From Patescibacteria group bacterium UBA1388 (GTDB lineage: Bacteria > Patescibacteriota > Microgenomatia > UBA1400 > PJMF01), in the NCBI GenBank assembly GCA_002305355.1, contig DBQS01000036.1:15612-79611 (forward strand): DNA of 64,000 nucleotides, read 5' to 3'. The notes beneath the pieces are model-generated. The model searched no databases. It was not told the DNA's origin and worked only from the letters and a program-made list of their open reading frames with translations. Shown in pieces: positions 9,438 to 18,460 of this stretch. A program made the position numbers and the translations under genes. The stretch's first letter is position 1. Each line of letters starts with the position of its first letter.

Positions 9438-9795
9438 CAGATTGGTGAAATAGCATATGTTGGAACTAAATTTATGATTGAAATGAAGTGCTATGGTTCA
9501 AGACCAGAAGTATCACTCAGCTCTGATGAAAATTTGCACACTTTTCATAATGCATAAGAAGTAGTAATTTCCTTATTGAAAGGTTAAGTTTGAGGTATGG
9601 TAATAATGAACAAGATGGAACTCATGGTGTTCATAGGAGAAAAAGAGGACGACCACGCAAAGTGAGAGCAGAAATAAGAAAAGCGGAAGCAGAATTAGAA
9701 AATTAACGTCAAGTATGCTAGCTGGCTATAATCTGAGATTTGAGTTATACTACGCCTCTTGAAATAAAATTTTTAAGTGTTTTTGAAAGAAAAAT

Positions 9796-9999
9796 ATGGC
9801 AAAAGCAAAAAAAGGACCACGCCAAATTGTAGGGTTAAAATGCAAAGCATGTGGCAATTTTGGTTACTTAACGGAGTTTAACAAAAATAACGAACAGTTG
9901 AAAAAACAAACCACTGGTGAAACAACTTTCCCCCTGAAGAAGTATTGTGCTGTTTGTCGCAAGCACACCGTGCACGTTCAGGCGAAGAAGTTAAAATAA
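9796..9999 (+). CDS. rpmG: 50S ribosomal protein L33 (Zn-ribbon type, with internal insertion)
   Basis: MAKAKKGPRQIVGLKCKAC...LKKYCAVCRKHTVH. Confidence 0.92.
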   Translation: MAKAKKGPRQIVGLKCKACGNFGYLTEFNKNNEQLKKQTTGETTFPLKKYCAVCRKHTVHVQAKKLK

Positions 10000-10101
10000 C
10001 TTCCAAATTTTCCGCCTAACCCTAAAACTGTTTACAATTACTGGCCGGTTTATCTATAGGGGGGGTTATTGCTTGTCGAAAACTTTCCCGATCAAGTTCA
10101 T

Positions 10102-11445
10102 CTATTTGGTTTTTCTATTGACGCTGAGTTTGCTGATCTGTTTGTAAGCAGCCACGATATTTTTGGCGCCATTAAGATATAACCGATCAATTCGAAGGAC
10201 ATTGTGCATTGCTTTTTCAATCCAAGATTGGGCTTTTCCTTGGGCAGATTGTAGGACAGCAAGTTGAGTCAGAATTTGCTCGACATTGGCGCGGCGGCTG
10301 ATGTCTTGCTGCTCAAATATTTCCCTAATCCGGTGCTCCCATTCACCCCACTCGCGTAAGGTGAGCACAAAGCAGCCCGCTGCCACAGCATCATAAGTCA
10401 TATCACCTGAGGGCTTGGTAATAAAACCATGCGCCCATGGAAAGGCGTATTTGATTAATAGTTCATTGGCATCCACAATCTGGGGGTGGTAGAGCAGCCG
10501 TAACTTTGCGGAACGATCATTGTCTGCTCCCACAGCTACGCGGTGTTGTTTAGCCATTTCTCTAACCATGGTAGCAATATCGTGGTGAGTGCCAGCATAG
10601 ACAATTAATTTTAAAGCAGGTTTTTGTCTCCTTAATTCTGGCAGAAACTGAAGGAGCAATTGCTCAATCTCGGTTTTATTGGTGCCGAGCCCGCCAGTAG
10701 TTAACGCAAGTTTTAATACACCAGATCGCCATGGTGTTTTTTTCTCTCTACAAGCCACAATTCGGGGATCGACTGGTGAACCAGTCACAAAAATTCGAGA
10801 TGCATCCAATTTTTTGTCTTGAAGCGCAGCCTTTTCCAAAAGTTCCAATTTTGTGTTTTCATCAAAAACGCAGTAATAAAGGTTTGGTTGATCGGCGTAT
10901 GTGACGTAATCGTATCGCACATGAGGATCGGTAATAACCTGTAACACGGTCTTACCTTGACCCACCAAAATGTTTCCGGTGGCAACGTGCAAAGATAAAA
11001 TTGGCCGATTCACACTTTCTGTTAAGTAGAGTAAGGGTTCGGTGATACTGTTTAAGATAGGTAATTTTTGTCTCCCAAATCGGTCAATAAGATCTTTGAC
11101 GTTTTTTAAAATTGGATAACGGGCGATAGTTTTTCCTACTTTGTCCGTCAACTGGACAGAAAACCAATCATCAGCGGAGACATAATTAGTCGGGTCTGCC
11201 AGCCACGCTTTTTTAGGATCTTGTTTACCTCCCCAAACCTGACATGCGACACCAACCGCCATTGAATAATGGGCCCGAGAAAAAACTATATCCTGGGTAG
11301 TGTCAATGTCTGGTAAACCATGCATTTTTTTCAGATCTTCTTGATAAGTGCCAGAAACCGTCACAATTGGTAGCTGGGTTGACTGAAGATACTTTTTGTC
11401 TTTTCTTAGGGTTTTTTCAAGGACGGGGTCAAATAATTCTGGCAT
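10102..11445 (-). CDS. GT-B fold glycosyltransferase-like protein (MGDG synthase/UgtP/MurG-like C-terminal half)
   Basis: VITDPHV, VTGSPVDP, TTGGLG, FITKPSGDMTYDAVAAG, GEWE resemble GT28 motifs. Confidence 0.55.
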   Translation of the reverse strand: MPELFDPVLEKTLRKDKKYLQSTQLPIVTVSGTYQEDLKKMHGLPDIDTTQDIVFSRAHYSMAVGVACQVWGGKQDPKKAWLADPTNYVSADDWFSVQLTDKVGKTIARYPILKNVKDLIDRFGRQKLPILNSITEPLLYLTESVNRPILSLHVATGNILVGQGKTVLQVITDPHVRYDYVTYADQPNLYYCVFDENTKLELLEKAALQDKKLDASRIFVTGSPVDPRIVACREKKTPWRSGVLKLALTTGGLGTNKTEIEQLLLQFLPELRRQKPALKLIVYAGTHHDIATMVREMAKQHRVAVGADNDRSAKLRLLYHPQIVDANELLIKYAFPWAHGFITKPSGDMTYDAVAAGCFVLTLREWGEWEHRIREIFEQQDISRRANVEQILTQLAVLQSAQGKAQSWIEKAMHNVLRIDRLYLNGAKNIVAAYKQISKLSVNRKTK

Positions 11446-11593
11446 GAAATCTAGTTTATAAGTTTTCTGTCTGGTCGTCTAGAGGAAGACTGGGCAAAAC
11501 AAAGTGCCAATAAATGGATGAAAAACTTCTCCAGATCAAAATAAATTTAAATGAGGATTGGCTAACTTAACGTGTGATCGATTGAACAGATTA

Positions 11594-12223
11594 CTAAATA
11601 CCGATTTGTTGAATCGTCACTTGTTCACTCACAAAGATGCCGTAGTTACAAGGGCATTGACCGCCGGTATTAATGTTCTCACCTGAGGATGGGGTAGGGT
11701 TGGCAAATGCCATCACCTCAATCATCTGCACTTGATTATTCATAAGCCGCAAATAACCGGCTACTGAACCAAAAGGACTTTGTATATCCTGAGTGTTGAT
11801 CCGGTAACCATTGATTTCAAGTGATTTAGAAAAGCCCTGATTGGTGAGGTATTGGTCGGCAGCGGTCATGAACTGTTCTGGTGAGAGTGCAGGTTGACTA
11901 CTGGTCGATGCATTAACATCTTGATTAAGATCAACTGTAGTTTCCGCGACCCACAACTGCCCATTTGGAAAAAAAGATCTGTGGTCATTTGTAGAAGTTG
12001 ATTCAACTGTCAATAACGGTTGGTAACTTTGAAAAAAGATCGGTCGATTATCATTCGTTGTTTTGGTAAAACTCAATTCAGGGTAGAGGTTTGATATTTG
12101 TTCGGCTGAAACTAAGGTCAAAGTAGGTGGAAACAGTTGAGTTCGAAATTTGAACATTAAAAGCCCGGTTGCCAATATTGCCGTTAATAAAATTACAAAT
12201 AAATATAGTCTCTTTTTGCTCAT
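11594..12223 (-). CDS. Hypothetical exported/membrane-anchored protein
   Basis: N-terminal signal/TM; 209 aa; C-terminal QCPCNY. Confidence 0.65.
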   Translation of the reverse strand: MSKKRLYLFVILLTAILATGLLMFKFRTQLFPPTLTLVSAEQISNLYPELSFTKTTNDNRPIFFQSYQPLLTVESTSTNDHRSFFPNGQLWVAETTVDLNQDVNASTSSQPALSPEQFMTAADQYLTNQGFSKSLEINGYRINTQDIQSPFGSVAGYLRLMNNQVQMIEVMAFANPTPSSGENINTGGQCPCNYGIFVSEQVTIQQIGI

Positions 12224-12347
12224 GGGGAGTAGCTTATCATGAAATAATGAATGGAACTATTTTGTATAAGTAGGATGAAACTAAAATATTACCTGGTCTT
12301 TATGTTACAATTCTTGGCGAAGGTGCGCGAGTTGTTGTGCCTGAGTT

Positions 12348-12418
12348 AGGGGCGTCGGTTAACGGTAAACCACAGGTCTCCAAAACCTGAACTGAAGGTT
12401 CGATTCCTTCCGCCCCTG
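12348..12418 (+). tRNA. tRNA-Trp(CCA)
   Basis: AGGGGCG/CGCCCCT acceptor; CAGGT-CTCCAAA-ACCTG; GGTTCGATTCC. Confidence 0.93.
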
Positions 12419-12431
12419 CTTTAATAAATTT

Positions 12432-13109
12432 CTAACTTGTTGTACATGCTGTTTTCACCGCTTTAATCACAATTTGGTGCGCGTATGCGTTTGGGAAAAG
12501 CTTTAAAATTGGAGTTAGCCATTTGGCACCACCAGCCGGGTCGTAACCTTCAGCAATGGGTTTGAGTCCCGCATTAATTAGAGCTTGGCGTAAGCTGTCT
12601 AAGGTAAAAAATTTGGTGTGAGTGCGGTCAAAAATACCATAATCCTCGTATTCCCATTCACCTTGTAACAATCTCAATCGCGAGCGCCAAAATGCAATAT
12701 TGGGTACGGCGATCACAGCGTGACCTTGCGGTTTGAGCACCGATCGAATTTTTTCAAGTACCAGCCACGGATCAAGTAAGTGTTCAATTACGTTAGATGC
12801 CAGCACGACGTCATATGGGGCATGGCGCTTAATCTTGAGCCATGTTTTTTGCTCATCTAGATTCGCAATGATCAGGTGTTGTAGATGAGATTTAGCTTTA
12901 GCCGCAACAGCTTTTTCGGCATCAACACCAATCACTCTGCAATGCTTAACTTCTTGCAAGTATTGACTATGATAACCAGTGGCGCAACCTAACTCTAAAA
13001 CTTTCGAATAGGCTGGAATCATGTTAAGAGTTAGCCGGTCAATGTGATCTTTAGCCAAGCTGTCATAGTTAAAATGATTCCAATCATACTTACCGAATTC
13101 TCGTTGCAT
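12432..13109 (-). CDS. Class I SAM-dependent methyltransferase (glycan-associated type)
   Basis: VLELGCATG; DVVLASNVIEHLLDP; GIFDRTHTKFFT. Confidence 0.88.
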   Translation of the reverse strand: MQREFGKYDWNHFNYDSLAKDHIDRLTLNMIPAYSKVLELGCATGYHSQYLQEVKHCRVIGVDAEKAVAAKAKSHLQHLIIANLDEQKTWLKIKRHAPYDVVLASNVIEHLLDPWLVLEKIRSVLKPQGHAVIAVPNIAFWRSRLRLLQGEWEYEDYGIFDRTHTKFFTLDSLRQALINAGLKPIAEGYDPAGGAKWLTPILKLFPNAYAHQIVIKAVKTACTTS

Positions 13110-13195
13110 ACAACTATTATAAGCGATTGTTAAAAATAGAGATGTGGTTGAAAAAATGGTGCTGTATAATCTTTTTCAAAGAAAGGGGGTGGTTT

Positions 13196-13498
13196 ATGAA
13201 AGGTTTTATTGACTTTATTCGTGAGCAAGGCGTTGTCAACTTAGCGATTGCTTTTGTTTTGGGAGCTGCGGTGACCAAGGTAGTGAATTCTTTTGTGAAT
13301 GACATTATCAATCCTGTGGTTGGCATCTTATTGGGATCAACTGCTGGTTTGGCGTCTGCCAAACTCACCTTAGGACCAATTTCAATTATGTGGGGCAGTT
13401 TTGTGAGTGTGTTAATTGATTTTGTGATCATCGCTGCGGTGATCTATTACGGTTTTAAGTGGTTGGGTTTGGAAAAAATTGACAAGAAAAAGAAGTAG
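13196..13498 (+). CDS. mscL: Large-conductance mechanosensitive channel MscL family
   Basis: FIREQGVVNLAIAFVLGAA...VNDIINP...WGSF. Start ATG 13196 follows the SD-like AAAGGGGG. Confidence 0.9.
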   Translation: MKGFIDFIREQGVVNLAIAFVLGAAVTKVVNSFVNDIINPVVGILLGSTAGLASAKLTLGPISIMWGSFVSVLIDFVIIAAVIYYGFKWLGLEKIDKKKK

Positions 13499-13616
13499 AG
13501 AAAATCAATTGAGAGTCTAATTTTTTGTTAGCTAATTTAAGTTTTTTTGGTTTTTAGGTGTGTTGTTGTTGGAGTTTGTTTAAGCTAACTCATTTCGCAG
13601 ATGCTAAGATAGTGAT

Positions 13617-14345
13617 GTGCATTTTTCTAGGAAAGGGTTATTGGTTGGAAGTTTATTTGTTTTGCCATTGGTGACACTGTGGTTAATTATTGCATCAACT
13701 ACCGATCGCTTCGCATTACCTTTTTTGATTGATCATGATTTTTTTCTTGGAGATGGATTGAAAACAAGGTTTATTGATTCAGAATTGACCTCACAAAAGT
13801 TGCACCAAACTTGGCTGAGTGAATCTCAAGGTGGTGTTTCAAGAAGCAGTGACACTCAAGTTGGAGTGCAAGCTGTAGGAACAAACCGGTTGGATCGCAG
13901 CCAACCAAATTGGTTAAGAAGATATTGTTTTGACTTAATTCAAGAAGTAGCTTTCATTCCTACACCATATGAACGCAGGAGAGGACCAAACTTTAATTTG
14001 CCTCCTATTTATCAACCAGAAAGGTATGTGGGGGCATCGCAAGTTTCAACTTGTAACTTAGATTACTATATTCATCCTGTCAACAAAGCTGCCTTTGCCG
14101 ACATTGGTATCGAGTACCAATATAGCCAATTAGTGTGGCAGGAATTTCAAAAGGCGGTCGCTGCTTCCATTTCTGCCCAACTGCAAAATCAGGACTGGCG
14201 GGTGGCAATTGGTGATCAATCGGAGGAAGAGCCAGCGTTGATGCTGACCCGCATTAATAGGTTGGAAAATTTGCGTGAGTATCTTGACGTTTTCTTTACT
14301 AACGATGAGGAAATTGTATTTGAGCTATTAGTGGTTGAACCATGA
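13617..14345 (+). CDS. Hypothetical membrane-anchored protein, coupled to the L,D-transpeptidase
   Basis: N-terminal TM; ATGA overlap with the next gene. Confidence 0.65.
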   Translation: MHFSRKGLLVGSLFVLPLVTLWLIIASTTDRFALPFLIDHDFFLGDGLKTRFIDSELTSQKLHQTWLSESQGGVSRSSDTQVGVQAVGTNRLDRSQPNWLRRYCFDLIQEVAFIPTPYERRRGPNFNLPPIYQPERYVGASQVSTCNLDYYIHPVNKAAFADIGIEYQYSQLVWQEFQKAVAASISAQLQNQDWRVAIGDQSEEEPALMLTRINRLENLREYLDVFFTNDEEIVFELLVVEP

Positions 14346-15082
14346 TCAAAGACTTATTGTGTCACAAATTACTTGTTCTTGCGGCAATGGTTATTACCAG
14401 CGGGTTATTTGCTCATTATTTACTTCATCAGGTTTTGCCTTATCACTTATCTGTTCAGGATGAATTTTCTGCAAACGATTTTAATGGTGAGTATGATTAT
14501 GACCAGCAGCAAGGCGAATTTATAGGGAAACAGGTTAGTTCGGTACCGGATGAAGCGGTTGGGACCAAGCAGGTATTGGGTTTAACCGATCACGCGCTTT
14601 CTCCTGCAGAGCTGGATGATAGTGGTAGTAGTTTGAACAAATTGATTGAAGTTGATTTAACGAACCAAAAGTTGTATGCATTGGAAAATGGTGAGCGGGT
14701 GGCAGAGTATGATGTTTCTACTGGCAAATGGGGTAGAACACCAACGGGCGAATTCACAATTTGGACTAAATATCGATTTACCAAAATGTCGGGTGGCAGC
14801 AAAGCTCTCGGCACCTACTATTATTTACCTAATGTGCCTTACACGATGTATTTTTATAATGCCGAAATACCCAAAAATCGCGGTTATGGCATTCATGGCG
14901 CTTACTGGCATAGCAACTTTGGAGAAGTGATGAGTCATGGTTGTATCAACATGCGTACCAGGGATGTGGAGAAGCTTTATTATTGGGCAGGACCAGACAC
15001 TGGTGGCAAGTCGTCTATTAACGCCACAGCCGATAATCCTGGCACCAAAATTGTAATTTATGGAGAGGCACCAATAGAATAA
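14342..15082 (+). CDS. L,D-transpeptidase (YkuD family)
   Basis: IEVDLTNQKL, VSTG..TPTGEF, GIHGAYWH...SHGCIN catalytic motif. Confidence 0.92.
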   Translation: MIKDLLCHKLLVLAAMVITSGLFAHYLLHQVLPYHLSVQDEFSANDFNGEYDYDQQQGEFIGKQVSSVPDEAVGTKQVLGLTDHALSPAELDDSGSSLNKLIEVDLTNQKLYALENGERVAEYDVSTGKWGRTPTGEFTIWTKYRFTKMSGGSKALGTYYYLPNVPYTMYFYNAEIPKNRGYGIHGAYWHSNFGEVMSHGCINMRTRDVEKLYYWAGPDTGGKSSINATADNPGTKIVIYGEAPIE

Positions 15083-15198
15083 TGTGGTAGAAAATTTTGG
15101 CTGATTTTCACAATTTCTTCTTGTTGTGAATTAGATATCACTTTGATACTATGACGATAATTTTGAGGTGTTGTAGGATTGTTATAAGAAATAACATC

Positions 15199-16521
15199 AT
15201 GAGCAGGCACAGTGTGGAGCAAAAACTTGATATTGTAAAAAGAGAGGATAGCTCCAGAAAAAGAAGCAAACCAAATTCTGCCATCCATATTCCCCCTAGT
15301 TTTTGGGATTATTATCCGCCATTAGCCCAACAATTGAACGATGCTCATCCTTCAATTCGTTTTGATCTAAAAAGGTTTGGAAATGGCATGCCATTATTGT
15401 TGAGTGGTCGGGCAAAAAGAGTTGTAATGCCAATCATCATTGCTGGAGATAACTTTGAAGAAGCAAAAAATGATATCGATGCAGCTGGTGTATTTACTCA
15501 GCACAGGGAAAGAATTGGCAAGAATGTTGATGAGTTGAGATTGTTGTTAGTTCATGGTGATCTCAGACAAGATCAAGCAGCTTTAAAACCGATTCCAGGT
15601 AAAGAAAGACATGAGGTGGCAATTGTGGAGGCTCAGGAAAGCACGACTCTTAAATTGGCTCACTTAATGGCAGATATTGCTCACGTTAGCCATCTTTTGC
15701 TAATTGATGGACATAGTCAGTTGGCAGTGAGTCATTTTGAAAATGTTGGTATCCCAGTGATTAATGTTTCTGCCGCATTCTTGATGATTGATGTGCTTAG
15801 AGAGAGGGGTTTGCTTGAGGATAACATTGAAAATGTGATATGTGGGGTTGATTTTGGCAATCTTTCTCTAGTTGAGCAGATAATTAAGAGATACAAGAAA
15901 GAAGGCCTCGATCTTGATTTAGCAGTGATTCAAAAGTGGCGGGTAGCTGACGAAAGTGGTGTTAAAAGTCACACCGAGAGGGAATTAATATATGGCAATG
16001 TAAAAGGGAAGAGGGTAATTTTGATGGATGACATGATTAGCAGCGGCGAAACATTGGTGGGAACTGTTGAGTTATTATTGCAACAGGGTGCAGAAAGAGT
16101 AATTGTGTGTGGCACTCATCCAGTTTTTGCGCCTGGTTACTACGATCATATTAAGCAATTGTTGGCTGATGATCGTGTTGAAGTGGTGATGACCACTAAC
16201 ACGCTGCCGTTAGTAAGGCCATCGCAAAGTGGTAATAGAGACTTGCCTTATATTGCGGGTGGTATGAGAGGTTTAAATAGTCCGCGAAAAGAAATGGAAA
16301 TGATTGATATTCAACCATTCGTTGGGATGCTGGCTCAAGTGATGATGTTCAGTGAAACGGCTGCAGAAATGCGAGCTAAATTGGCGAAATGGATAGTTGA
16401 TTTACAACCTCCATATGAACTGGCAGCGAAATTGACAGGTATGAAAATTGAAAAACCAAATGTAACCATGATTTATACATCTGAGGGAGAATATATTCCC
16501 TTAATAGAGCAGGATGATTAG
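15199..16521 (+). CDS. Divergent ribose-phosphate pyrophosphokinase-like phosphoribosyltransferase
   Basis: LRQD, IDGHS, VDFG, QKWR, GNVKGKRVILMDDMISSGETL (PRPP loop), GTHPVF. Likely start ATG 15199. Confidence 0.7.
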   Translation: MSRHSVEQKLDIVKREDSSRKRSKPNSAIHIPPSFWDYYPPLAQQLNDAHPSIRFDLKRFGNGMPLLLSGRAKRVVMPIIIAGDNFEEAKNDIDAAGVFTQHRERIGKNVDELRLLLVHGDLRQDQAALKPIPGKERHEVAIVEAQESTTLKLAHLMADIAHVSHLLLIDGHSQLAVSHFENVGIPVINVSAAFLMIDVLRERGLLEDNIENVICGVDFGNLSLVEQIIKRYKKEGLDLDLAVIQKWRVADESGVKSHTERELIYGNVKGKRVILMDDMISSGETLVGTVELLLQQGAERVIVCGTHPVFAPGYYDHIKQLLADDRVEVVMTTNTLPLVRPSQSGNRDLPYIAGGMRGLNSPRKEMEMIDIQPFVGMLAQVMMFSETAAEMRAKLAKWIVDLQPPYELAAKLTGMKIEKPNVTMIYTSEGEYIPLIEQDD

Positions 16522-16665
16522 AGAGATATTTTTCTCTGGTTGCATTCAACAAAATTATCTTTAAATCTTCTCTAGATCAGATTCACAACAGAAACGATAA
16601 TTGCAGTGTTAGTTGGCTACTAAATGGATGTCACCAATTAGTGAAGCTGTCAGCAACTAACTTGA

Positions 16666-17466
16666 TTATAAACACGGATCAATTCCTGGCTGAGAATCTA
16701 AAAAGAGGATCAAACCTTGAGCCAATCCTTCCCCGGGAATTTCTGGGTGATGAATTAAAAAGTGTTGATCACCTGAGTTACTGAGGAAACCAGTTTCTAA
16801 GAGGGTAGCGGGTGTTTTAGAGTCAATGGCGTGTTGGAATCTGTCTGGAGAAAAAGAGTAATAATGAGTCATGTTTTGGGTAATGTTATGGGCATCTTCG
16901 GGCATTTTAGTGACTTGAGCATATTTTTGTCTGATTGATTCAGTGAGTTGCTTTGAGCGGCCGCTCCAATCCCTCTCTGGTCCCGCAATTTTGAAGCCGT
17001 TAGCGCTTGGGTTGGTATCGCTTCCATCAGCATGAATTGAGACAAAAGCGGCCGCTTGGTATCTGATCGGGACTACAGCTTCCAATAAATCTACTTGAAT
17101 ACCATGTTTTTCTAAGATTTGTTTGGCTGCTACAGCAATTCGGTGGTTGGATTCCCACTCCATTAGACCTCCTCCGTAAGCGCCGGTGTTACCGACCAAC
17201 CATGACAATTCTGCAGGCGGATGTTGATTGTTCCAGTGACCAACTTGCAAACCAACTTTCAGATGATGACAAGTGTAATCTGCCACGTCAGGTCCCGAAT
17301 TCCTTCTCGTGAGCTCGTTAAAAGCAAAGGCAGTTAGCTTGGGAACCGATAATGCTTGGTCGCTACCCACCCGAATAAGGACGAGCGATGACACAAATAA
17401 GCAAAAACTAAAAGTGATAATAAGCTTGTAATATCTTGACAACATAATATTCCCATAAAATGGCAC
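16666..17466 (-). CDS. N-acetylmuramoyl-L-alanine amidase (Amidase_3)
   Basis: QVGHW, MEWESN, FVSIHAD, LLETGFLSN zinc/catalytic residues; N-terminal TM. Alternative start ATG 17445. Confidence 0.88.
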   Translation of the reverse strand: MPFYGNIMLSRYYKLIITFSFCLFVSSLVLIRVGSDQALSVPKLTAFAFNELTRRNSGPDVADYTCHHLKVGLQVGHWNNQHPPAELSWLVGNTGAYGGGLMEWESNHRIAVAAKQILEKHGIQVDLLEAVVPIRYQAAAFVSIHADGSDTNPSANGFKIAGPERDWSGRSKQLTESIRQKYAQVTKMPEDAHNITQNMTHYYSFSPDRFQHAIDSKTPATLLETGFLSNSGDQHFLIHHPEIPGEGLAQGLILFLDSQPGIDPCL

Positions 17467-17587
17467 GAAACGGCAATGTTACTGGATGAGATAGTAATCA
17501 ACAATAGAAGCAATAACGTCTTTAGACATCAATCTAGACTAATTTAAAGAAATTTGAAAAAATTTGTGTGGATTTGTACCCACCATG

Positions 17588-17622
17588 AACAAAAATAGCG
17601 AAGAATCAATCCTCCGCTATTT
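17588..17622 (-). terminator. Intrinsic terminator on the minus strand
   Basis: AAATAGCGGAGGA-TTGA-TTCTTCGCTATTT followed by TTGTT. The G-U pairs form only on the minus strand. Confidence 0.7.
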
Positions 17623-17712
17623 GCATAAGCCCCGTGTTTTTTTGCGAGGACACATGTGTCATTGCTTCCGTACATTCTATCCGCCACTCAGTAGAAGTTG
17701 AAGCACAGTGAC
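17588..17712 (-). ncRNA. Unassigned structured RNA / leader ending in a terminator
   Basis: GTCA..TGCTTC/GAAGCA.TGAC and TTCTA/TAGAA nested stems, then GTGT-CCTCG..ACAC-GGGG and the terminator. Confidence 0.4.
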
Positions 17713-17827
17713 GAGTGACATTATCATGATTTTTGTTGAAAAAAAGATGAGCCTTTTGTAATAGAGTTGTAAGAGTTATGATCTTTTTTTGGGTTGAATG
17801 GGAGTAAAACTACGATAAGCATTTACC

Positions 17828-17982
17828 AATATAAGCATTCGCCAACCACCAAACCGAGCAAGTGCTCGGTTGTAGTGATCTGTCCAGCGATGTGTCGGTT
17901 ATTCGCTAAAAGGAACTATATCTTCCGCTTGTAAGACAGTAATTCCAAGTTTGTAATAGCTAAGTAAGAGAATGCTGATATT
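17828..17982 (-). ncRNA. Unassigned multi-stem structured RNA
   Basis: 13-bp closing stem (AATATCAGCATTC/GAATGCTTATATT, 1 mismatch) enclosing CTGTCT/GGACAG, GGAA/TTCC, AGCGA/TCGCT and ATCACTA-AACCGAGCA/TGCTCGGTT-TGGTGGT helices. Confidence 0.45.
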
Positions 17983-18020
17983 TTCTAGATTAATGAATAT
18001 ATTTGGTATACTGTTAAGAT

Positions 18021-18356
18021 ATGAAATTACTTTTACATTTGGGATTAGACGCCCTCGTCATTTATGTAGCAGGTTATTTGTTGGAAGGGGTAAACTTCAG
18101 CTCTTATTGGGTGGCGGTTGTGACAGCAATCGTGTTAGGAGTGTTGAATTTTCTTATTAAGCCAATTCTAATCATCTTAACCCTACCTATTAATATCCTA
18201 ACATTGGGTCTATTTTCAATTGTAATTAACACTGCGATGGTGTTACTCGCGGCATGGTTGGTACCTGGATTTGAAGTGTTAGGTTTCTTGTGGGCGTTAG
18301 CTTTCAGCGTGGTGGTGAGCATCATTTCTGCTGTGCTCAATATGATGGCGAAATAA
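18021..18356 (+). CDS. Phage holin family (YvlD-like, 4 TM) membrane protein
   Basis: LNFLIKPILIILTLPINILTLGLFSIVIN signature. Confidence 0.88.
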   Translation: MKLLLHLGLDALVIYVAGYLLEGVNFSSYWVAVVTAIVLGVLNFLIKPILIILTLPINILTLGLFSIVINTAMVLLAAWLVPGFEVLGFLWALAFSVVVSIISAVLNMMAK

Positions 18357-18460
18357 TCCATTGAAATAAATCTTCTTCAACAACATCTTCAACAACATCA
18401 ATTTCTAATTGAGCGATTGTTTGGTCGATCGAGCACATCTGACTCACCAGTTGTCTTGAT

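Noticed and set aside
17620-17650. Minus-strand AAAACACGGGGCTTAT resembling the RNase P RNA 3' consensus
   Set aside because: No upstream GAGGAAAGTCC partner for helix P4.
18021-18356. Holin plus amidase as a prophage lysis cassette
   Set aside because: The genes are divergent, the YvlD family is commonly chromosomal, and there are no phage structural or integrase genes.
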